A stretch of 64,000 nt of DNA, taken from assembly GCA_963750165.1 (NCBI GenBank), contig CAVVPN010000003.1, positions 1,088,001 to 1,152,000 of the forward strand, read 5' to 3'. Both the position numbers and the translations under genes were made by a program. The DNA is from an uncultured Gemmataceae bacterium (GTDB taxonomy: Bacteria; Planctomycetota; Planctomycetia; Gemmatales; Gemmataceae). Within the stretch, counting starts at the first letter, position 1. Each line of letters starts with the position of its first letter. Below the pieces are notes generated by a model. The model was not told the DNA's origin, made no database searches, and saw only the letters and a program-made list of their open reading frames with translations. Below are positions 18,321-28,521 of this stretch, piece after piece.

Positions 18321-20173
18321 TCAGTCCGGAGCGAACTGGGCGCGGTACGCCGCGGCGGCCGCGGCGGCCAGCGCCGCACCCGGGCGCGCTTGTCCAGCAC
18401 AAAATCCTCCAGCACCAGGGCGTCCATGTCCGTGCCCTGGAAGCAGCGCAGCGCGTCCATCGGCGTGCAGACGATTGGCTCGCCGCGCACGTTGAAACTC
18501 GTGTTCACCAGCATCGGACAGCCCGTCAAGTGGTGGAACGCCTCCAGCAGCCCGTGGAAGCGCGGATGGCGCCCAGCGTCCACGGTCTGCAACCGGGCCG
18601 TGTAATCGACGTGCGTCACTGCCGGCACTTCCGAGCGCGGCAGCCGCAGCCGGTCGCGCAGGTCGGGGGCGGCGTCCAGGACCTGGCGCTGCTCCGCCGT
18701 CAGCGGCAGCCGCCGGTCGGCGCGCAGCGGCGCCACCAACAGCATGTACGGGCTCTCCTCCCCCGGGCCAACCTCGAACCAGTCCGCGGCGTGCTCGCAC
18801 AGGACGGCCGGGGCGAACGGGCGAAAACTTTCGCGGAACTTGATTTTCAGGTTCAGCACGGACTGCATCCGCGCCGAACGCGGGTCGCCGAGGATGCTGC
18901 GCGCCCCCAGCGCCCGTGGGCCGAACTCCATGCGGCCCTGGAACCAGCCGACCACCTGGCCGTCGGCCAACCGGCCGGCCGTTTCGCGCAGCAGTTCCGC
19001 CTCCGGCAGCCGGCGGTAAGGGACGCCGCGCTCCTGCAGCACGGCCTCCACCTCCGCGGCGGCAAAGCACGGTCCCAGCAGGCTGCCTTGCTGAGCGTCG
19101 CGGTCGTCGGGCGTGCGCGGCCGGCCGAGCAGCTGGTGCCAGACGAACAGGGCGGCCCCCAGGGCGCCGCCAGCGTCCCCGGCCGCCGGTTGAATCCACA
19201 GCCGCTCGAACGGGCCGCCGCGCAGCAGCCGGGCGTTCGCCACGCAGTTCAGGGCCACGCCGCCGGCCAGGACCAGGTCGGTCAACCCCGTCGCGCGGTG
19301 GACGTGGCCGCCCATGCGCAGCAGCACCTCCTCGGTCACCGCCTGGACGCTCGCCGCCAGGTCCATGTGCCGCTGCTCCAGCACCGCCTCCGGCCGCCGC
19401 GGTGGGCCGCCGAACAGGCGGTGGAAGCGGCGGCCGGTCATGGTCAGCCCCTGGCAGTAGTTGAAGTAGCGCAGGTCCAGCCGGAAACTGCCGTCCGCCT
19501 TGAGGTCGAGCAGGTGCCGCAGGATCGCGTCGCGGTAGATGGGGCGGCCAAACGGCGCCAGGCCCATTAACTTGTACTCGCCGCTGTTGACCTTGAACCC
19601 ACAGTAGTAGGTGAAGGCCGAGTACAGCAGTCCCAGCGAGTGCGGGAAGAGCATCTGGCCGGACAGGCGAATGCGGTTGCCCTCGCCGGTCCCCCAGGTG
19701 GCCGTGGCCCACTCGCCGACGCCGTCCAGCGTGAGAATGGCGGCACGCTCGAACGGGCTGGGGAAGAACGCGCTGGCGGCATGGCTCTCGTGGTGGTCCA
19801 GGAACAGCAGCGGCGAGCCGCGGCGGCGCGGCAGGTGCCGGCCGAGGGTGCGCCGCAGGTACAGCTTGTCCTTGAGCCAGAGGGGCATTGCCAGGCAAAA
19901 ACTGCGGAAGCCGCGCGGCGCGAAGGCCAGGTACGTCTCCAGCAGCCGCTCGAACTTGCGCAGCGGCTTCTCGTAGAAGGCGACGTATTGCACCTGCTCC
20001 GGTTGCAGTCCGCCTGCGCGGAGGCAGTAGGCGACGGCGTGGGCGGGGAAGGCGGCGTCGTGCTTGCGGCGCGTGAAGCGCTCCTCCTGGGCGGCGGCGA
20101 CGACCCGGCCGTCGATCACCAGCGCGGCGGCACTGTCGTGATAAAAAGCGGAAATGCCCAGGATCGCAGTCAA
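18321..20173 (-). CDS. O-carbamoyltransferase (NodU/CmcH/SxtI family); frameshift near 18380
   Basis: ILGISAFYHDSAA, AQEERFTR.KHD, HHESHAASAF, SGEYKLMGLA, GGVALNC, GRMEFGPRALG, FRPFAP, NTSFNVRGEP; likely true end ...YRAQFAPD* at 18321. Confidence 0.9.
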
Positions 20174-20210
20174 GGAGCCTCCCGAATCGCAGGGCGCTGT
20201 CCGGCGGTTG

Positions 20211-22409
20211 CTATTTCCGCCCGTCGGCGCCCTTCCGCAGTTTGGCGAGGCGGTCGTGCGCTTCCGGATACTCCGGCCGCAGCCGCAGCGCCGCCTCGTA
20301 CTGTTCGCGGGCGGCGGTCGGGTCGCCCTGCTTGAGCGCCAGATCGCCCAGGCGCAGATGGGCCGGCGCGTGGTTGGGGTCCAGCTTCAGGGCCTCCTGG
20401 AAGCGCGCCCGCGCTTCCTTCGGCTTGCCGTGGCGGTCCAGGAAGACGCCCAGGCCGACCAGCGCCCCCGCCCGATCCGGCTCCTTCTCCACCTCGCGCT
20501 CGAACAGGGCGCAGGCCTCGTCAATCTTGCCGTCGGCGGCGAGCGCCCGGGCCAGGCCGTAGGTCGCTTCCGAACAGTCCGGGGACAGCTGCAGGGCCTG
20601 GCGATACTGGTCCAGAGCCGCGCTGGTCCGCCCCGTCTTCAACGCGATGTCGCCGAGCTTGCAGTGCGCGGCGAAGCTGTGGCGGAGCGACTTCAGGACC
20701 GCCTCGAACTGCTCCTCCGCCGCCCACAGGTCGCCGGAAGTGGTCAGCAGTTGGCCGTAATTCATCCGCAGCATCCAGTCGTTCTCGGCGGTCTGCACCG
20801 CCTTCTCCGCCCGGGTCAGCGCCTGCTTCAGGCCGCCTTTTTGCAGGCCCGTCTGCAGCGCGTTCACCCGGGCCTTCCAGCGCGCGTTGCGCTCGGCGTG
20901 GTCGAGCTGGTCGGCGAACGGCGACTTCTCGAACATCTTCTGAATGTAGCTCTTGGTGTTGAACTCCGCCCACTCCGTGTAGCCGAGCAGTTCGGCGCAC
21001 GCCGGCTCGAGGGGCGGCATGTCCGCGGCCGGCGACCCAGGGGCCCTGGGCGCCAATCTCATCAGAGTCTGAAAGACCGTCCGGGCCAGCAGGTAGTTGC
21101 CGTGAAAGTTCATGTGGACGTGTTCCAGAAAACATTCCTCCCCCGGGACGCCGGTCGGGCTGTCCTCGGCGAAGGCGCGCTCCGCGTCGGCCAGGTGCGT
21201 CCCATCGACGGCGCCGGCGACCGCGCGGATCGCTGCGTTGATGTCGGCGTCGGAGCGGAAGCGCAGGGCGTCGAGATCGCGCGCCTGCGCGAAGTGCCCG
21301 GCGGCCTCGGCGGGCTTGCCCAGGGCCGCGGCGCAGCGACCGCGCCGGAACGCCAGCTCGGCGAACTGGTCGTCCACCCCGGCCGCCTCTTCGTAATGGC
21401 GGGCCGCCTCGGCGAACTGCTTTTGCCCTTCGAGGCGCACCCCTTCCTTGTAGCGCTTCTCCCAGGCGTCGAGTCGCTCGGGCGCCAGCCCGAGGGCGTG
21501 CAGCGAGGCGAAGGGGGGGCAGTCCTGCAGATTCACCGGGACCGTGCAGACGATCACCGGGACGCCGGCGTCGGCGCCAGCGCGGCAGATGTCCTCCAGG
21601 TTTTCCCGGAACTGGGCGTGGATCGACACGAGCCGGCTGTCCCCGGCGGGCACGTGGCTGTTGCGGAACATCGCCATGCCCTCCCAGGCGCGCGGGCTCT
21701 TGCCGGCCGGCCGGAGCCACTGCACGAGCCGGTCGAGCAGTTGCCCGGTGCGCGTCGTCCTGGCGGCGAGGTGGGCGTGGATGACGCCACGGCTGGGCGA
21801 GTAAGGCCCGAGCACTCCCGCGGCGCCGAACGGGCCAACGACCTCGTTATTGCCCAGGTGGACGACGATCAGGTCCGGGTCGCGCTGCACGCACTGCCGG
21901 GCGATCGGCAGCACGACATGGGAATTGATCGCCACCATCGCGGTATTGATGACCTCGATGCGCTTCTCCGGGTAGGCGGCGCGGAGCATGACCTCGAGCA
22001 CCCGCGCGAAGCTGAACGAGGGGTCCGGGAAGCCCATGGCCGCCGACTCGCCCAGAACGAAGACGCGGTAGGTGTTCGCGGGCTTGACGGCCGCGAAGGC
22101 GAAGGGGATCGGCTGCGGCGGGCGCTCCAGCGACCCGGGGAACACCCAGCGGCCGAAGTCGGGGTTGTCCACACACATTCCCGGGCCTTCGGTGCGCGTG
22201 CCGTCCAGGAAGAAGTCCGTGGGGTGACCGAAGCCGGCGATGCGCAGCGACAGCTCCAGCACGCCGAGCAGCAGAGCCGGCACAAGGGTCATGGCCGCGA
22301 GCCGGTACGCCCACTTGCGCCAGCCGGTGGGCTTGCCGCGGAGGCGGGCGGCGGGTTTCGCTGGCGGGGCGGGGCTCGGGTTGGCCGCGTCGTTCTTCGG
22401 ATCGGACAT
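20211..22409 (-). CDS. Membrane-anchored SGNH/GDSL-like domain + TPR repeat protein
   Basis: N-terminal TM, VLGESAAMG, HLGNNE, EHVH, C-terminal TPRs. Confidence 0.8.
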   Translation of the reverse strand: MSDPKNDAANPSPAPPAKPAARLRGKPTGWRKWAYRLAAMTLVPALLLGVLELSLRIAGFGHPTDFFLDGTRTEGPGMCVDNPDFGRWVFPGSLERPPQPIPFAFAAVKPANTYRVFVLGESAAMGFPDPSFSFARVLEVMLRAAYPEKRIEVINTAMVAINSHVVLPIARQCVQRDPDLIVVHLGNNEVVGPFGAAGVLGPYSPSRGVIHAHLAARTTRTGQLLDRLVQWLRPAGKSPRAWEGMAMFRNSHVPAGDSRLVSIHAQFRENLEDICRAGADAGVPVIVCTVPVNLQDCPPFASLHALGLAPERLDAWEKRYKEGVRLEGQKQFAEAARHYEEAAGVDDQFAELAFRRGRCAAALGKPAEAAGHFAQARDLDALRFRSDADINAAIRAVAGAVDGTHLADAERAFAEDSPTGVPGEECFLEHVHMNFHGNYLLARTVFQTLMRLAPRAPGSPAADMPPLEPACAELLGYTEWAEFNTKSYIQKMFEKSPFADQLDHAERNARWKARVNALQTGLQKGGLKQALTRAEKAVQTAENDWMLRMNYGQLLTTSGDLWAAEEQFEAVLKSLRHSFAAHCKLGDIALKTGRTSAALDQYRQALQLSPDCSEATYGLARALAADGKIDEACALFEREVEKEPDRAGALVGLGVFLDRHGKPKEARARFQEALKLDPNHAPAHLRLGDLALKQGDPTAAREQYEAALRLRPEYPEAHDRLAKLRKGADGRK

Positions 22410-22557
22410 GGGTCACTCCGTGGAGCACCGCCCACGCCGGGGCGAGCGGTTGTGCCGCGGGCGGCTGCGACTGTTACGAGGAGAGGACGGGTGCGAACTC
22501 GAAAGCGCGAGCTGGCAGGTTGGATTATAGAGCGGCCGGCCGGCGCCGCCCAGCAAA

Positions 22558-22698
22558 AAGGCTGGTGGCCGTGCCTCTGGAATTTGGCGAGCGGCGCGGC
22601 GTCAGCCCGCCGGTACTACGGAGCACCGGCGGGCTGACGCCGCGCCGCTCGCCAACAAATGCCAAAATCCAGCGGCACACCCAAGGCTGGTGGCCGTG
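22558..22698. repeat. Nested palindromic element flanked by a 16-bp direct repeat
   Basis: AAGGCTGGTGGCCGTG at 22558 and 22683; inner hairpin 22584-22655; outer imperfect IR 22571-22678. Confidence 0.85.
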
Positions 22699-22762
22699 TT
22701 GATGTGACGAAGCCCTCTGGGATCCACGAAGGATTCCAGAGGGCTTTCTGACTGCCGCCGGG

Positions 22763-23569
22763 TCAGACCACCTCGCGCGACTTCAACCGCTCCTGGATCT
22801 GGCGCAGGCGTGAGCGGGCGAAGAGCACGTTCGGCCACTCCAGCACCTCCGCGTGCGGGCCGCCGGTGGTGATGATCAGGTCGCCCGCCCCCCACCACCC
22901 CAGGACGCGGTGCCGCAGGAACACGTTCGGTTGCACCTGGAACGTCATGTTCGTCACGTCGTAGACCTTATCCGCCTGGCCGATCTGGTTGCGGATGCGC
23001 ACCTGGCCCGACGTGAACGTCACATAGGTGAGCCGGTCGAACACGAACACGCTCAGCGCCCAGACGACGAACAGCGTCACCGACAGGAACAGGTAGCCGC
23101 CCAGGTTGATGTAAATGTGCAGCGCTCGGAACCAGCCGCCGAACGCGCCCCACAGGTGGAGAAGCGAGACGACCATCACCACCAGCGCGATCGCCAGCAT
23201 GGCAATCCACGCCCACAGGCCGCGCGTCTGGACCGTGCTGCTCAACATCACGACCACCAGCGTCAGCAGGAAGATGGTGCCCAGGTACGGATTGACTGCC
23301 ACCCGATCGTGTGTCAGCCCCAGTTCCCTGCCCTCCGGGGCGACCAGTCGGTTGCCCTCCACGACAGTCCCGGGCGGCACGTGGGCCAGGTAGTGCCCGT
23401 CCTGATACGTTGTCAGGGCGAGGATGAAACCGACCAGCCAGATCGGCCACCAGTACAGCAACGGCGAGTGGCTGTAGATGGTGATGTCCGGCTGTGAATG
23501 TTCCGTCAGCACCACTTTTTCCGGGATTGGGACCGGGGTCAGTGGTTGGGTATTCATGTCCGTGGCCAT
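22763..23569 (-). CDS. Conserved hypothetical multi-pass membrane protein
   Basis: GGAG RBS, SHSPLLYWWP, about 4 TM segments, soluble C-terminal domain. Confidence 0.75.
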   Translation of the reverse strand: MATDMNTQPLTPVPIPEKVVLTEHSQPDITIYSHSPLLYWWPIWLVGFILALTTYQDGHYLAHVPPGTVVEGNRLVAPEGRELGLTHDRVAVNPYLGTIFLLTLVVVMLSSTVQTRGLWAWIAMLAIALVVMVVSLLHLWGAFGGWFRALHIYINLGGYLFLSVTLFVVWALSVFVFDRLTYVTFTSGQVRIRNQIGQADKVYDVTNMTFQVQPNVFLRHRVLGWWGAGDLIITTGGPHAEVLEWPNVLFARSRLRQIQERLKSREVV

Positions 23570-23744
23570 GGCACGTCTCCGTGGAGAGGAGCGTTGGTTC
23601 GGGTCGCGCTGCCACCAGCAGGTGGGAAGCAAGAAGAGTGCCAGAGCCTGAAATACCTGGGAAATGCCGGAAATCACGCGGCGACGAGCCGTCATTCCTG
23701 GCCCGTTTCCGCACAGCGACGGACCACTTCCGCACGCCAATGGC

Positions 23745-24517
23745 TCACACCCGGCCGCCGCCGTCCACGACCAGCACCTGCCCCGTCACATAGGCCGCCG
23801 CGGCCGACGCCAGGTACAGCACCGCCCCGACGACATCCTCCGGCTGACCGTGCCGTCGCAGCGGCGTCCGCTCCATCAGCCGCTCATACCCCGCCCTGTC
23901 CTCGAACAGCGCCGCCGCGAACTTCGTCTCGACCAGCCCCGGAGCCACGGCGTTGACGCGCACGCCCTGCGGCCCCAGTTCCTTCGCCAGCGCCCGCATC
24001 AGCCCCAGCAGCGCCGCCTTGCTGACGCTGTACGCACCCAGGCCCGGCAGCGGCTCCAGGCCGGCGATGGACGCGATGAACACCAGCGCACCCTCGCGGC
24101 CGCGCGCGAGCATCCGCCGCGCCGCGTGCTGCGCCGTCAGCAGCGCCCCCGTCACGTTCACGTCCAGAATCTTCTGCCAGGCGGCCGCCTCCACGTCCAG
24201 CAGCGGCCCGAACACCGGGTTGGTCGCGGCGTTGACCACCACCACGTCCGCCTGAAACCCTGCGGCGTCCAGTCGATCGAACAGCGCCGCCACCGCCGCC
24301 GGGTCGCCCTGGTGCGCCGCCACCGGCAGAACCTGGGCGCCGTCCTGGCGCAGCGATTCTGCTGCCGCGGCCAGGCCGTCCGGCTTGCGGCCAGTGATCG
24401 CCAGCGCGGCCCCGCGCCGCGCAGCCCCCGCGCCACCGCCAGGCCAATGCCGCGGCTCGCCCCGGTCACGAGCGCTTGCCGGTTCGTCAGGTCGAAGGGG
24501 TCCTCAGTCGCGGCCAT
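23745..24517 (-). CDS. SDR-family oxidoreductase; frameshift near 24410
   Basis: TGASRGIG in one frame; NAATNP, YSVSK, VRVNAVAPG, VDGG in the other. Confidence 0.9.
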
Positions 24518-24612
24518 GTCGGCTCCCTCCCAGAAGCGCGGTTCCACGGAAAACGGATCCAGGGTAAAATTGGGTCGCGGCTGGCGTTCGCTCACCCCCT
24601 TACAGAATCCTC

Positions 24613-25389
24613 ATGCGCACCCTCATTCTTTCCGACATCCACCTGGGAAACAAGCACTGTCAGGCGGAGTTGTTGCTCGCCGTGCTGGACCGCGAGCCGT
24701 TCGACCGCCTCATCCTCAACGGCGACACGCTGCACAGCCTGAACCTGAACCGGCTCCGCCCCGCACACTGGACGCTGCTGACGCGCTTCCGCGACATCGG
24801 CCGCACGCGCGACCTGGTGCTGATCCGCGGCAACCACGATCACGCCTGGCGCTTCGCGCGCATCTCCAGGCGCCGGGCCGTGGCCGAGCCGGCGCTGGTG
24901 GCGGTCGGCGGCGGCCCTGCCAACGGAGCGGTCGAGCCGGCCGCGGCGCCGGCGGCGTTCGGCCCGCTGGACGTGCTGCCGGCGCTGCTGGATGTGCCGT
25001 TGCGCGAGGAGTACCGCCTGGAGGTCGGCGGCCGCGAGTACCTGGTGACGCACGGCGATCAGTTCGATCCCGCGCTGGCGTCCGAGTTGCCGCGCCATGT
25101 CGCCGGCTGGTGCTATCAGCTGACGCGGAAGATGAACAGGAAGCTGGCCAAATGGCTGAAAAAGCGCTCCGCCCGCTGGGGCGGCCAGCTGCAGCACATC
25201 CGCCGGCAGGCGGTGGACTTCGCCCGGCAGCGCGGCTGCGGCGGTGTGCTCCTCGGCCACACCCATCACGCCGACGACGTGAACATCGACGGCGTTCACT
25301 ACGTCAACACCGGCTGCTGGACCGAATCGCCCTGCGCCTTCGTGACTGTCACGCACGACGCCCTGCAGTTGCACCAGCTGCCCGAGTAA
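24613..25389 (+). CDS. Calcineurin-like metallophosphoesterase (LpxH-like)
   Basis: SDIHLG, NGD, GNHD, HGD, GHTH motifs. Confidence 0.9.
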   Translation: MRTLILSDIHLGNKHCQAELLLAVLDREPFDRLILNGDTLHSLNLNRLRPAHWTLLTRFRDIGRTRDLVLIRGNHDHAWRFARISRRRAVAEPALVAVGGGPANGAVEPAAAPAAFGPLDVLPALLDVPLREEYRLEVGGREYLVTHGDQFDPALASELPRHVAGWCYQLTRKMNRKLAKWLKKRSARWGGQLQHIRRQAVDFARQRGCGGVLLGHTHHADDVNIDGVHYVNTGCWTESPCAFVTVTHDALQLHQLPE

Positions 25390-25470
25390 AGCTCCCGGTT
25401 TGGATTGATCGGTTCACGTGGGCCGCGCGAACTGATCAATCGGGAAGGGGTTGTTCGGTAACGCCTGGCG

Positions 25471-28181
25471 TCACGGCGGCAGTCGCCACACCTGCACCTG
25501 GCCGTCCCAGCCGCCCGAGACCGCGAAGCTGCCGTCCGGCGCAAAGGCGACGGTGTTGGTGATGCCCGTCATCCGCTGCCGCCACAGCTCCTGCCCCGTG
25601 TTCAGGTTCCACAGGATGATGTCCCAGCCGAAGCCCGCCGTCAGCAGGCGTTGGCCGTCCGGCGACACCGCCACGCTCAGGGTGCCGTTGCTCTTCACGC
25701 CGTTGCTGTCGCGCACATCGAACTGCTGGTGCCGTGGCTGGCCGGTGCGCACGTTCCACAAGCGGACCACATGTTCCGGCGCCGGCGGATCGCCCTTGTT
25801 CCACTTCTCCGGCGGCGCCAGCTTGGCCGCCCCGGTCAGCGCCAGGTCGCTGTTCGGCACCGCGGCCACCGTGAAAATCTCGCCCTCGTGGGCCTTGTGG
25901 ATCGTCGGCTCCGGCTGCAAGGTCTGCGCGTTCCAGACGCGCAGGCTGCCGTCAAAACAGCCGCCCAGAATGTGCCGGCCGTCCCCGCTGTACGTCACGC
26001 TGCTGATCTGGTCGCCGAACTGGCCGTCGGCCTTGTGGACCCACAGGTGGTCCGGCTTCGGGTTGGCGCCCTCCGTCTTCCAGACAAACACCGCGCCGGC
26101 CACGCCGAGCGGCCGATTCCACTCCAGAATCTCGCCCTTCTGGCCATCCCGGGGGATGTGCTTCATGTTCTGGAAGCCGATGCCGCTCACGAAGCGCGTG
26201 CCGTTCGGGCTGAAGGCGACGCTGGTGACACCGCTGGGGTGAGCGTACGTGCGCACCAACCGATACTGACCGGGCCGCACGTCCCAGAGCCGCACGGTGC
26301 GATCCAGGCTGGCCGACAGGGCGAAGTTGCCGTCTGGTGAGAACGCCACCGCCGTTACTGGTTGCGTGTGGCCGTCGGCCCCCTGGGCACAGAACAGCTC
26401 TTGACCGGTCTGCCGGTTCCACAGCCGCACCGTCTTGTCGTAACTGCCCGAGAGCACCTTGTTGCCGTCGGGCGAGACGGCCACGCTGAGGACGCCGCCG
26501 TTATGGCCGAAGAAGGTCTGGTCCAGAGCGGCCTGGGGCACCACGGCGTTCGGCTGGTTCCACATCGGGGGCTGGAAATTGACGGGGTGGTTCCTGGGAC
26601 GGTCCAGGGCGCCGATGACGCGCAGGCCGATCAGCACCAGGACGATGATGCCGGTGATGACGCCCCCAACCTTACCTGCCGCCTTGCCCTTGCCGCCGGG
26701 CAGCGGCCGGCGGATGGGGTCCTCGTACAGCGGTCGCGGCCGCGGCATCGGCGGCTGCCAGCGGCGCACCACACCGTCGGCGCCGGCGGCCAGCAGCCAG
26801 CGGCCGTCCGGCGTGTAGGCCACGGCCGGCACCGAGCCGCCGCCGCCGCTGAACGAGGTCAGCAGCCGGCGGTTGGCCACGTCCCAGACATGCACCGCGT
26901 CGTCCTCGGCGCCCGCGGCCACGGTGCGGCCGTCCGGCGCGAAGGCAACACAGCGCAGCACCTCGCTGTGCTGGTGGCGGTCCACCTCCAGCTGGGCGAT
27001 CTCGCGGCCGGTGGCGGCGTTCCACAATTTCACGGTGCCGTCGCGGCTGGCGGTCGCCAGCAGTTTGCCGTCGCGCGAAAAGGCGACGCCGGTGATGGCT
27101 TCATGATGGCCGGTCAGCGTCGCCCAGGCGCGGCCGCGCGACAGGTCCCAGAGTTTGGCGGTGCGGTCCTCGCCGGCGGTCGCCGCGGCCAGGCCGCTGG
27201 GGCTGACGGCCACGGCCAGCAGTTCATCATGGTGGCCGTCCAGTGGAGCCAGTTCGCGGCCGTCGTCCACCTGCCAGAGCCGGGCGGTGCCGTCGCGGCC
27301 GCCGACCAGCAGCGTCTTGCCGTTGGGCGCGAACGCCAGGCGCGCGGCCAGTTGCGGTCGCCCGGCAGCAGGCCGCGGCCCTGACCGCGCTGCACGTCCC
27401 ACAGCTGGACGCTGCCATCGGCGCTGGCGGACGCCAGCAACCGGCCATCGGGCGCGAACGCCACGGCGACCACGCGGTCCTTGCACGCCAGCGAAAAGCG
27501 CGCGGTGCCGCCGGCGTTCCAGAGGATGACGGTGCGGTCGGCGCCGCCGCTGGCGATCAGCTGGCCGTCGGGTGAGCAGGCCAGGCAGGTCACCTCGCTC
27601 TGGTGGCCGCGCAGGAAGACGGTCGGGTCACCGTCGGCGTGCGGGACGGGCAGCGGCACGGCGTGGGGGGTCGGGACGGGCACGGACACCGACCCGGGCG
27701 GGGGCGGGGCGGGCTCGCCGAGGTCGAGGCTGAGCTGCGGCAGACCGGCCATGTCCTCCACGGGCCGCGGCGGCACGGCAGGTGAGGGCGGTGCGACGGG
27801 GCGTGGGGCGACAGGACGCGGCACCGGTTTGGGTGGCTCGGGCCGGCCCTCGGCGGCGGGCGGTGTCATCTGTGGCAGGTCGCGCACGGCCAGCGCCCAG
27901 GTTTCGACGGCCCAGCGGCCGGCGTCCTCGTCCACGCCCACGTCGGCGACGACCCGGCGGACGAGTTTGTCAAGCAACTCGGCGTCGCGGCGTTCGGGCG
28001 GCGCGGTGAGGATAGCCTGCGGCACATGCCGCTCCAGCGCCCCCAGCAGCGCGAACATCCCGAAGCCGTGCTCGCCAATGGCCAGCCACAGCATACCTTC
28101 CAGGCGTGCCCGGTCCTCAAGCAGACCGGGCCCGTGCTCGCGGACCAGGCCGAGCAGCTTGCCACGCAGCACCTCGTTCAT
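25471..28181 (-). CDS. WD40-repeat protein with N-terminal helical domain, Pro-rich linker and central TM; frameshift near 27340
   Basis: Many GH...V..VAFSPDG..LAS.S.D.TV.LW repeats on both sides of a TM (GGVITGIIVLVLIGL); N-part in ORF 27114-28712, C-part in ORF 25471-27486. Confidence 0.85.
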
Positions 28182-28344
28182 AGGCGGTGTCTCCTGGACG
28201 ACGCCGGCCGGCGTCGCGGGTTGCGGGTCCCTGTGCGGATTATACTCGATGCGCCGCCGCCAGGGCAGCCACCAGCGCCTTTCCGATTTTCGGATCGTTT
28301 CGGTTGATATTGGTTGACCGCATGGGCCGTTGCACGGATAATCC

Positions 28345-28521
28345 CAACCGCCGTTGGTTGTCGCGCCGTGCCAGTCGCACAGAGCCAGGGTGCCGAATCT
28401 CGACGTGTGAAAAAGTTGGCGTTCTTGGCGTCCTTGGCGTTCTTGCTGTGGCATTGCAGGCCGCTGGAGGTCAGGCCGTGCCCGCCCCCACGCGTGCGCA
28501 AACCGTGCGTGAACCGCTCTA
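28345..28521 (-). mobile_element. Dispersed about 175-bp element (MITE-like), copy 1
   Basis: Reverse complement aligns by eye with 34932-35110; end TAGAGCGGTTC overlaps the TAG stop of 28519-30069. Confidence 0.6.

Noticed and set aside
17668..20173. Saxitoxin biosynthesis
   Set aside because: Only sxtI/J/K-like genes, which are widespread; no sxtA/sxtG
17984..20173. 729-aa carbamoyltransferase with a long C-terminal extension
   Set aside because: Read-through caused by a frameshift; it overlaps the SxtJ gene, and a sensible end exists at 18321
20154..22637. Long antisense or alternate-frame ORFs (e.g. 827 aa here, 5764-7677, 23664-25562, 38122-39933)
   Set aside because: Shadow ORFs typical of high-GC DNA, overlapping well-supported genes and lacking motifs
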